40,375 bases of DNA from Macrostomum lignano (taxonomy: Eukaryota): contig NIVC01004621.1 of assembly GCA_002269645.1 (NCBI GenBank), positions 1-40,375 on the forward strand, read 5' to 3'. Of the stretch, positions 1 to 30,529 are shown in pieces (position 1 is the first letter of the stretch; every line of letters starts with the position of its first letter). Under the pieces are notes generated by a model. That model did no database searches. It had not been told where the DNA came from and worked only from the letters and a program-made list of their open reading frames with translations. The translations under genes and the position numbers were made by a program.

Positions 1-324
1 GTCCGCAGCATGTAGGCTCCGCCGGACCGTGCCATAGGACACCCCAGTAGCAACTGACAGCTTGCGCACGCTGTAGTCCGGATTGTCCTCAAGGGCTTGG
101 AGAACGGCATCGCCATCAGCAGCAGGGGGTCGGCCTGACCTCGGCTTGTCTTTCAGCTCATAGTTCTCCTCTGCAAAGCGAGAGAACCAGTCGTACACCG
201 ACGACTTGGAGGGTGCATGTGGGCCCATCAGCTGCAACAACTCGCGATGTGCCTCTGCTGCGTTGCGTCCCGCATGAAAGTGGTTGAGCAGAATTGCTCG
301 CCATTCAGTTCTTGGCAGTTCCAT
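1..324 (-). CDS. Tc1/mariner transposase, N-terminal DNA-binding region (partial, runs off window start)
   Basis: Manual minus-strand translation from ATG at 324: MELPRTEWRAILLNHFHAGRNAAEAHRELLQLMGPHAPSKSSVYDWFSRFAEENYELKDKPRSGRP...DNPDYSVRKLSVATGVSYGTVRRSL. This matches the mariner paired-like HTH (WF.RF, D.PRSGRP) followed by the second HTH. Absent from the ORF track because it has no stop in the window. TIR not identified. Confidence 0.9.
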   Translation of the reverse strand, partial: MELPRTEWRAILLNHFHAGRNAAEAHRELLQLMGPHAPSKSSVYDWFSRFAEENYELKDKPRSGRPPAADGDAVLQALEDNPDYSVRKLSVATGVSYGTVRRSLHAAD

Positions 325-803
325 TGGATGCGTTTGCTGGCTTAAGTAGGCAGGGTCTGAGAAACTGAGCAATATTAAGCTAAAGAGTGATGATAAGGCT
401 GGCCAACAGCATAGTAGATGGTTGCTGCTTTTAAGCTTTTCCATAGACAAAAATTAACTAAAAGTTCGATTCTAAAAAATTCCGGAAACTTTTGGCTCAC
501 CCTAATAAAAGCACGGATCAGGCTAAGTGGTCCTCGTGGGATCACCCACTTCCATGCTCGCTCCCTTGGTGAGCAGGGTTTGAGAGGCACTACGATCGGA
601 TCGCCAGCAACGAGTCCGGACTGATCCATCGTCTCCGACAGGAGGAATCAGAACTGGCGCGCGACGCATCTGCTCAGAAACTTCGTTAACTCAAGGACGG
701 CCTGAATGTGCGCCTCTTCCGCGCTTGATATTTGATAACAAATATCAAATCAGACACGACACAGGCTAGTTAACAATAATTATACGTACCACAGTATTAA
801 ATT

Positions 804-854
804 CAAGGACGACTGAAGTAATGTGTATACTTATCTGTACTTAAGTAGTCCTTG
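804..854. mobile_element. 51-bp P-superfamily-like mini element / excision footprint
   Basis: 17-bp inverted repeats CAAGGACGACTGAAGTA (804-820) and TACTTAAGTAGTCCTTG (838-854; 2 mismatches) around a 17-bp spacer, flanked by a perfect 8-bp direct repeat ATTAAATT (796-803, 855-862). Confidence 0.75.
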
Positions 855-1619
855 ATTAAATTCAGTTCACGAAATTAAAATTAACCTATTCCACAGTTCA
901 TAGTGTCGCCATAATGCCAATATAATCGAAAACCATTGGTGTTTAAATTGGAACATGTGGTACATCCAGGATGCTACATTCATATATGTACACGCGTGTT
1001 ACATTATTTGAAAATTCTAAAAACAGTTCCGTAACTTTATAGTACACATTGTATGCAACTTTCTACTTAGTTGGAAGAGAAAGGTAGAGGCTACTAATCT
1101 CGTAAGGTATAATCTTCAAACACAAAATTGAGGTTAAAAATAGATAACGTTTTGGTGCTTGATGTTTAACAATAAATTTCAGTCAGTGACTTCAAAATTT
1201 GTTCGAACTTGTTTTAATGAAACTGTTTTTATCAATTTCTGTGGAGACGATATCCAATTTAATTTCACTATTTTGCGATAACGAAAAAATATTGTCAGTA
1301 ATAGTGGCAACAACTTATACATAAATATTCAGATACCAATAGCTAGGCCACGACAAAAGCTCACGTTAACTTAGCACCCTTCTGAGTCTGAGTCGAAGTC
1401 TAGCTGAATACTAAATAACTATACTACAACCTCAGCCTCATCCCACTAACAATTTGTTAGGTTAGACCTAACAGTTTGTTAGTTGGGCTTAATTTCTTTT
1501 TTTGCTATAGCAAATTGTCAATTGCTGTTTTAACATGCCATAAAGTTGCAGAATGTAAACAATATTGATTGATGACTTCACTTTATTTGTGTCACTAAGG
1601 CCAGGACATTTGTTCAGCG

Positions 1620-22469
<20,850 letters not shown>

Positions 22470-23859
22470 TGCAGTGACGGTTCGGCCTTATAACCTGAAA
22501 TTTTATTGCGAATTTAATTATTAAAATTTTTTAATTTTGTTTTTAACTTTACACGCGAAGCAGGGAGTCAAGACGTTGAAAAAACCTTACTGTTCTGTAA
22601 TCTTAGCTGTCAGAAAAGATAGAAAAGCTTGCTCTATTTTGCGCCTTATTTGATTAAAGAATAAGTTACTGGGACCCATTGATACAGAAAAAAATAATTT
22701 GCTAATTCGTTTACTGAAAATTCAAACAGATCGGGTATGGGTACTTAGTAGACTAGATGGACTAAGTTCGTAACATCGTAAAAGTTCAAGTCTAAGTTTA
22801 TATTGTTTAAAGATCACTGAACAGTAAGATATAAACACTTTAACAGTAGTTTAACAGTAATTATTCGGCAAACTAAATGGCTAAATTTACCTTGATAAAA
22901 CTTTTCACGCTCTGAATTTTTTTTTTGAAATTCTCTTGGTTAACATGTTTTTTCACTGTGGGTAAGCGCTTTTTTAGAAAAAAAATGAAAATTTAACATA
23001 AATTGTCACTCTTGAATTTTTAAGCGCACAAGCGCCATTCCTCTGAATTATTAATAACATTTCAGAATCTTAATTTTCCTGTTTCCAAATTTTTAACATT
23101 TATTTTTTCTTTATTATTTACTGTTCCACGTTTTTTATTACAACTTCGATCCACTGATAGCCACTGCCCATGCATGTAGCCTTATGCAAGGTTTTGGCAT
23201 CGTCTTGATATAAAAATGAAACGTCAATCACTAAATATTTACTTCTCTGATTCCTCTATAAAAAGTGTTTTTTGCGCATAATTTTTTTGAATAATTAAAA
23301 TTTAATAATACCACGATGAAGTAAGAAAATATGCCAGAGTGCGACAGAGCCTCTGTCACGATCGGATGTCAAAAGAGTTCTTCGAATAATTTTTTAGTCC
23401 TTGTTACACGCACCTTTTGTTACACAAAAATCTTATCGTTCATATCGCAACAGCACATCAATATCTCTTCAACGGACCACATGTACGAGCTACATGTACG
23501 AGGGTGCAGAATAATTAGTGCTCAGCAGCTCTGCAAAGGCATAATCTTGGCTGAGTCTGAGACGTCAAACACATTTCAACAGCAATATCAGATTTACAAG
23601 TTGTTTCCATATGATAAATATATAATCATGTTATTTTAGTGAAATTACGGAAATCTGTTTATATTTCTGCGTGTGAGAGAATTTGCGAGCATGCAGCAGA
23701 GATTAAGAATCGTACATGTAAGTGAGGACTAAGGAAGATTTTGATAAAGCCAAAAAGCATCTAGTTTACGCCGAGATAGATAAATAGCAGTTTTCCAGAC
23801 TTCCGACACGATCAAGTTATAGCTACTTGCGAATTTGCGATGCGAGCGAAGAAATCTTT

Positions 23860-24830
23860 CTCCGACCTGTCAGCAGGTAGAATGTCTCTTCAGCACTTCT
23901 GCTCTGTAACTAATTGCTTAATATATTAAGTACTGCTTTAATAAAAGTTTTCAGGAGGACTTCTAACACCCTTGCGCAACGCTTTCGAGCTGGATCTCTT
24001 AGTCTTCCAAACTAATCTAATCTTCCAAAATCTCGCTACTGTCTCAATAAACTCACGCAGTGTCTGAGAATTTATCGTACTTCAATGCGGAAGCGACCTT
24101 TTCGTCGAAACATTTGAAGACCGAGACTCAATCACTTCTAGCTGTCTTCTGATCTGAATACTCGTCGGATAGCAGGCCTGTGTAGTCGGACACAAGTCCT
24201 GCTGATACGCGCAAATCACGCCGGATTTAAGCGCCTAGAGGTTGAACAGGGACTAGTCAAACACCGGGACGGGAAACTAGAATTTTTTTACGAGGCTGGT
24301 CTATCATCAGCAGTAGAAAATAACCATAGACAACAAAGTAACACAGCATCTCTCTAATGAAAATAATTGCCAGCCAGCCTCGTAAAAAAATTTTAGTTTC
24401 CCGTCCCGGTGTTTGAGTAGTCCCTGAGGTTGAATTATTAGAGTTCCACTCGATTCCATATACCATGTGTTGCAAATGCATTTACCAGTAAGATGTAAAC
24501 AAAATCGAAGAGCATAGAAAATTTTTGACGCCGGCGCAGCGTCCTTTAATCCGTGGTTTTTCTTGTTCATCGTTAACTAGAGCAGATTAAATGTGTTTAC
24601 TAACACTCATATGCAAAAAACTCTGCAGTCAAAATATACTCCGGAAGCAGTCTAACTATCGAACAGATACATATTGGCTTTTTCTAGGGGTAATGGCTTT
24701 TTCATTATGGCCAGAATTGTCCTAGCAACCCCTGGTGGTATGATCGTACAAAACTCCACCTGACGGTTGTATATACATTTCGTCAGCCATAATAACACAA
24801 TTTCGCTGAAATTCTGATAGCCTTGTGAAA
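23860..24830 (-). pseudogene. Decayed P-element/THAP9-type transposase
   Basis: Minus-strand fragments in the expected order across frameshifts: QRNCVIMADEMYIQP (first catalytic Asp, ~24783), ARTILAIMKKPL, IVRLLPEYILTAEFF, HLTGKCICNTW, YPTSIQ, FKCFDEKVASALK, FIETVARFWKI, GRLRDPAR, YLLTGR. Many stops, and interrupted by a MITE. Confidence 0.7.
24247..24426. mobile_element. hAT-type MITE, 180 bp, nested in the P transposase relic
   Basis: About 53-bp TIRs starting CAGGGACTA and a perfect 8-bp TSD AGGTTGAA (24239-24246, 24427-24434). Confidence 0.88.
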
Positions 24831-26029
24831 AGTGAATGAATATAAACTCAGCTGCGTCAGTCTCCGTGCCGACTCCCCTGGACCATGGTTCTGAACAGGA
24901 CACGAAGACTGAACTGCAGTGAAAATATGGGCGATGGATTTTTGGGCCTCTCCCTATAGAGTTCTTCCATTGGGGCATCCCGCGCTTGGTCAATGCTTTT
25001 CGCATTCACATCCATGAGGTCAGTCACTGTTTAAATGAAAGGTTGAAATTTAAAGAGGTTGTCAAGTCTGCAGAAGCAGATCAATCAACCGTGAAATATT
25101 ACATGGCAATATAGATTATACAAAGCCTGCTGTGAGTTCAGAATTATTGCCTGTAACCATGGAAATCACCGTGTGTGATAATGAACACGCCCTGTGCTAT
25201 TAATTGACATGGCCTAACTGAGCTAGTTTAATGTAACTACTGCAATAGCTTGATAGTTATCTATTGCCTGGAGGTTTCTAAAAAGCTAATCTTATTTGCG
25301 GCAATTTTCTCTGTTAAAGTGTGCCCGATTAGAAGCAGATTAGAAGACTAAAGTAAATACATATAGAACCATTTAAAAAGATTATTTTGTGTTTCTCAAG
25401 TTTTAATTAGACTTCGAATCACTGCTTTGAGAAGGTTTTAACTGAAGCTCATTTTGCTTCATTTGCTACGCACGCTTGCTGCAGTGTACATGTTTGTTGC
25501 TATGAACACAGAACGACTAGAGATTTTCCAAGAAAGAGTTTGAGTCATTGCCCACTAGAATCTTATCAACCAGTATTGAAAGCTATACGAGCGTATAAAA
25601 TAATAGTCAAATGCAATGCCGCACAGCCATTTTGATGACGGGACTTCCAGTTTTGACAGCTTATACACTTGACCTTCACAAGCAGAGTGCAGTGGCTAAT
25701 AAAACTTGCAATAGACATACTTACTAATATTGCTTTAAACTACACTTACTGCCCCGATATATTATTATATAGATGACGATGTCATCGAAAATGATTCTAT
25801 CGTTGCTTCTTGCAGCGTTGGTGTTTAACCGTGCTACTCAACCTGCGGATGGCGCCGTTTGTAAGCGGGCTTGTCTTTTTTGCTTATTTTAGATGCAAAT
25901 TCATTCGTCTGATTGAATGTGTTTTTAGTAGCCTTAAGTAATGAGCGTACAGCATGGAACAATGCATTAACTTTATAAGCAATGCATGTGAAAAAATCTG
26001 CGGTCGCAGCACGTGACAACGAATTGTCC

Positions 26030-26045
26030 ATGGCTCGCGCCTCCG
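26030..26045 (+). CDS. F-type lectin gene, putative short upstream exon
   Basis: GTCCATGG context, MARAS, GT donor at 26046 in phase 1 matching the acceptor before 26121. The frame is also open from an ATG at 25982. Confidence 0.4.
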
Positions 26046-26120
26046 GTAGAGTTCACCCTACACTGTACGAGCATGTATTAATACCGTGAATCACTACAAC
26101 ACGGAATTCCGTCATTTCAG

Positions 26121-26525
26121 ATCAGCAAATCCAGCTGTTTGAGTGCAAGCAGAGCTCAACCCATAACGACGCCAAATGCGTTCGAGCGATCGATGGCAAC
26201 ACCAACCAGGACTATCACGCCGGCTCGTGCACTCATACGGCGACGCCCCAGAGCTGGTGGCAGGCTCGAGCCGAGCGACTCACGCACTTCAAGCAGATTC
26301 GCATCTACAACCGAATGGACTGCTGCTCGGAGCGACTGGACTACTTCTCCATCTATATCGATGGCCATCTGAGTGCTGCTTATCGAGGCGAACCCTTCTC
26401 GCATAACACATTCAATGTTGACAGAGTTGGCGAGGTGCTTCGAATTCAAAGTCACAGGGATTCGGCATTCTCGTTGTGTGAAGTACAAGTCTTCGGCGAG
26501 GTCGTGAGCCTGCCCGCGATCGGAG
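26121..26525 (+). CDS. F-type lectin (fucolectin) domain 1 exon
   Basis: CKQSST...RAIDGN...SCTHT...WWQ...RIYNRMDCCSERL...LCEVQVFG with H-x25-R-x-D-x4-R; acceptor ATTTCAG and donor GTGAGA, phase 1-1. Confidence 0.92.
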
Positions 26526-26719
26526 GTGAGATAAAAATCTGGATTTGAAATAAAAAATAATAATTTCACTTCCATCTACGCGCGTACGAGTACAAAGCCG
26601 CTGCTCTCCTCACGGAAAGAAAAGTTAGTTTGGGTGTTCATGGGGCGGCTCGTAAGTGCTTGCCCAAAACATTTCGAGCTCAAAAAAAGACTTAAAAGAG
26701 AGCCATGCACCGATTTCAG

Positions 26720-27133
26720 AGCGCCTAGCATTCGACTCTTGCTCGCAGAGTTCAACTTCAGCTGAAGGCGTCTGCGACCGAGCCATCGACGGCAGCACCA
26801 AGCAAGATTACAGTTACAAGTCCTGCAGTCACACCAACCAGGAGCGAGGCTGGTGGCAGGGCCACCTGACCAAGACCAGCGAAGTGACTCACGTCCGAAT
26901 CTACAACAGACTGGACTGCTGCTCGGAAAGGCTGTCGGACTTTGCCGTACTCATCGACGGTCACGAATGCGCATCGTATCGCTCGGAGCCGAGCTCGTTC
27001 TTCTCGGTGCTGACGCTCCCGTGCGAAGGCGCCGGTCAGACAATCAAAATTGTTAATCGGAGGCCGACGTCTTTGACTTTGTGCGAAGTCCAGGCGTTTG
27101 GAAAGGTTAAGGAAGACATATCTCTGCCATCAA
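26720..27133 (+). CDS. F-type lectin domain 2 exon
   Basis: CSQSST...RAIDGS...SCSHT...WWQ...RIYNRLDCCSERL...LTLCEVQAFG; acceptor ATTTCAG and donor GTAAGT at 27134, phase 1-1. Confidence 0.92.
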
Positions 27134-27189
27134 GTAAGTACGAGCTAGGATTTTCAATATACCCTCGTAACAAGTATACATATATGTGT

Positions 27190-28020
27190 TGCATTTTCTG
27201 CTTCCGTCCGTGCGGGCCGCAGACGGGGTGATCAGGGGTTCGGGTACTGGACTGCCCAGAGCTTGCCGGGTGGGATAGGCGAGAGATTGGCGACCCCTGA
27301 GGCGTACGGACACTTCGAGGGGGAGGCGGAGAGGCTGGGAGCGTACAGACACTCGTCCAGCCCCACGGAGAGAGGGCCAGATTCGGATGAGGAGGGTGTG
27401 AGCAGGTAGCCACTCAGCAGCAGCAGAGGTGAGCACGGGTCTGGAGGCGTACAGACACTTCGCAGACCCGAAGGAAGACGGTGGCGAGAGAAGTGGATAA
27501 TGAAATGAAGATAGGACAAATGAATGAAAACAAACACTAGCTGTCTTACTGGGCGGGGTCACTTGTCGCGCTCATACAGGCGTGGTCTCTAATATTTTAT
27601 TCTGCTCAACCAATGTTGTAGTTTCGCAAGCATGCACAAGTGGTAGAGAGAGAGCAGGGGGCTGGGTGGGGCTAAGCCACGCACGGCTGGGGGTGGGGGG
27701 AAAAATTCACAGAGTTAAAGGGCGAGAGAGAAAGAAGGGGGAACGCTAGCCAATCAGGTGCCTCCGCGGCGAGACCTATGATTGGACTAGCCCAAGCGAG
27801 CGAGAGATTAAAAGACGCCAGCCAATGAAAATGTGGGCAAATGAAAATGAGGAAAATAAAATGAATGGCAGCTTTAGACGGAGGGGGCAAACCAGAATAA
27901 ACCCGTGGCAGGGAGAGGAGGGGCGGAGAGCGCAGGGGTCGGGGCAAGGGCATTGCGAGGCGCAGCTCACAATATATGCATATATTAAGAAATACTGTCG
28001 CAAAGGGGTTCTCTGATCTC
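27190..28020. other. GC-rich, CCAAT-containing insertion in a lectin intron (possible LTR or retroelement promoter remnant)
   Basis: Abrupt GC/purine-rich composition, three CCAAT/ATTGG boxes (about 27750, 27781, 27823), minus-strand AATAAA at 27601-27596 and three copies of GCGTAC(A/G)GACACT. No TSD or termini found. Confidence 0.4.
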
Positions 28021-28078
28021 AAGACTTATCCCACAGTTGTCAACAAAGGCAACGGACCCTAACTCAATAAAATTGCAG

Positions 28079-28479
28079 AGCAGCTCAGGTTCAATAGTTG
28101 TAGTCAGAGCTCAACTACCTCTGGTGGCGACTGCAAACGCGCATTTGATGGCATCCGGAAACAGGACTACCACGCTGGCTCGTGCACACACACGGAGAGT
28201 GCGCACAACAACTGGTGGCAGGGCCAAATGCGCCAAGCCGCCTTTGTAACGCAGGTTCGAATCTAAAACCGCCTGGATTGCTGCTCTGACAGACTCAACG
28301 ATTTCTCAATCAGCGTTGGCGGCCACGAATGCGCTTCTTATCGTTCCGACGGCTACTTTTCCGCGCGAACGTTCGAGTGCCACGCATACGGCCAAGTTGT
28401 TCACATTGACAGCCACAAAGCGGTGCCGCTGACTCTTTGCGAAGTCGAGGTGTTCGGCAGCGACCAGCCGAGAAAATGA
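28079..28479 (+). pseudogene. F-type lectin domain 3 / terminal exon with in-frame premature stop
   Basis: Acceptor ATTGCAG ending 28078, phase 1; CSQSST...RAFDG...SCTHT...WWQ...RI*NRLDCCSDRL...LTLCEVEVFG...TGA at 28477-28479. TAA at 28264-28266 replaces the TAC (Tyr) seen in domains 1 and 2. Confidence 0.85.
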
Positions 28480-28871
28480 CGTACGAGCTGTAGCAATCTG
28501 CACTGGCTTAAAAATTCTTACAAAGTACATCTTAATGTTTTATTAGGCAGATACTTCATTAGTTTTTATTAATTGACGTTTATATTTACAAGTTTAGCTA
28601 CAATTATGATTAAATTATGATTTATTTTAAAGTATTTTATTATTGTTATATATTCTTAATTTAATATATTTTAATATAGTTAGGAATTAATTTGGAATTA
28701 ATATTTTAATATATTCTTAAGACCGAAAGTACACTATGAGACGTCACCGTAATTAAAAATACGAAATTTATAGCAAAACCAACTTTAGCTGTAGGATCCT
28801 TTTTTATTATTCTTTTCCAAGACGTAAATCGTGTATACGTGCATTTTAGATGGACATGTACACCATGTACA

Positions 28872-28925
28872 CAAGGACCACTGTATAAAACAGTGTATAA
28901 TAACTGTTACATACAGTGGTCCTTG
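28872..28925. mobile_element. 54-bp P-superfamily-like mini element / excision footprint
   Basis: Perfect 15-bp inverted repeat CAAGGACCACTGTAT / ATACAGTGGTCCTTG with a 24-bp spacer; flanks CATGTACA and CACATACA (6/8 identical). Confidence 0.65.
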
Positions 28926-29404
28926 CACATACACTGACTAACAAAGTATATACTGAAATATGTACTCGTAAATGCATATCACAATATTTAATACAGAGCC
29001 ATGCGGTTTTCGATTGTGTTCTTCTCTCATTGTTGGTCGAGTAGTAATTTGGGATCGTCCGGATCCGGGCCGACACCAGCTCAATCGGCCACCGCTAGCA
29101 TTTAGGAGCCTCTCTTAATACCGAGGAAGAGAACTCTTAAGAAGTTATAAAAATAGAAGCAATGATCAACATTTACGAGCTGATTTTCCGACGCGCGTTT
29201 CAACTAACTTTAGTCATCATATCAGGGCAAGCTGTTTATATTTGGATTATTGCATTTTCAATAAAGGAGGTGGAGACCCTCTAAAATCCTGCAGATGAAT
29301 TAATTCCCGAGGATCAGTATTATCAGCAAAGAAATGAACAGTTTTGTCACCAACTAAGTTGTCAATATTGGCTATCATCCCAATGATCCCGTTATGGTCT
29401 TGCC

Positions 29405-30082
29405 CAAGGACCACTAGAAGAAGAAGGACGGGACACTTCGTTTCTTGGAAAATTTATTAAAGGCTGATTTTCACGGAAAATGCACTGGCGAGATAGGAAA
29501 TTTTCACTTTTTTTCACTTTAAAATGGTGATAGCTTTTTATTGGAAGCAGATACAAAGCTCTTCCTTTGATATAACTTACAAAACATGTTGCTTCAACGG
29601 ATTTTATAAAGATTTTTTCATGAATAATTGATCTTCATATTATTTTAGTTACTATAGCTACTTATTTTATATAAAAAGTATAAAACTAAAATGAATAAGC
29701 AGTGAATTGGGCATATAATTATAGCCAACTGTTTTTTATGATATACTGCTAAAATATGCATTCGATTAAACAGATATTGTAAAATTAAAGTTAGTCACTA
29801 GTTAGCTTTAGACTATAATTGCTGCATGATTATAGTAACTAAAATAATATGAAGATCAATTATTCATGAAAAAATCTTTATAAAATCCGTTGAAGCAACA
29901 TGTTTTGTAAGTTATATCAAAGGAAGAGCTTTGTATCTGCTTCCAATAAAAAGCTATCACCATTTTAAAGTGAAAAAAAGTGAAAATTTCCTATCTCGCC
30001 AGTGCAGTTTCCGTGAAAATCAGCCTTTAATAAATTTTCCAAGAAACAAAGTGTCCCGTCCTTCTTCTTCTAGTGGTCCTTG
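29405..30082. mobile_element. P-superfamily non-autonomous element, 678 bp, long TIRs
   Basis: 252-bp near-perfect inverted arms (29405-29656, 29831-30082) starting CAAGGACCACT, with a perfect 8-bp TSD GTCTTGCC (29397-29404, 30083-30090). Confidence 0.85.
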
Positions 30083-30162
30083 GTCTTGCCGTTCTATGGT
30101 CTATCATGTTCTAACCTCTTGAAAGCAATAGGGAAAAGCCTTCCGCAAATGGTACAACATTA

Positions 30163-30529
30163 GGGGGGCCGTAGCCCAGCGGTAGCGCATGCACGCTGCT
30201 CTGGTGTGCCAGCGACCCAGGCTCGATTCCAAGTGCAGTCACATTAATTTGGGGCTGAATTGGAATCTCGGCTTGGCTCTGCTCGTGCAATCAACGGCCT
30301 TGAGAGCCAACCCCCCAAGGCGCAGTGAAGTGTACATGCCTAACGATAATATAAAGTTAGGGCCGCTGTACACTCCCCCATGTGTGAGTGTGTGCCTGCA
30401 TACGTATCCGCGCGCTTGTATGCCTGCTCAGGGGAGTCGGCGGAATGGGAAGTAATGCCTCTCGCCGGTTGTGTGCCTATGTCGCTTAAAGTGCGCCAGG
30501 GTGCACACAACCCCCTGCCTCTAATAAAA
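30163..30529 (+). mobile_element. Full-length tRNA-derived SINE with TSD
   Basis: A box TAGCCCAGCGG (30172-30182), B-box-like GGCTCGATTCC (30220-30230), 3' stem GGTTGTGTGC/GCACACAACC, A-rich tail, and a 16-bp TSD AAATGGTACAACATTA (30147-30162, 30530-30545). Confidence 0.88.

Noticed and set aside
325-730. Spliced upstream exon fused to the mariner transposase; mariner TIR
   Set aside because: A minus-strand acceptor near 360 exists, but the nearest donor is phase-incompatible with the small upstream ORF. No convincing TA-flanked TIR can be called without the other end.
25400-26031. THAP domain or 5' end of the P transposase
   Set aside because: Only vague Cys/Trp-containing fragments; no clear C2CH THAP signature or TIR.
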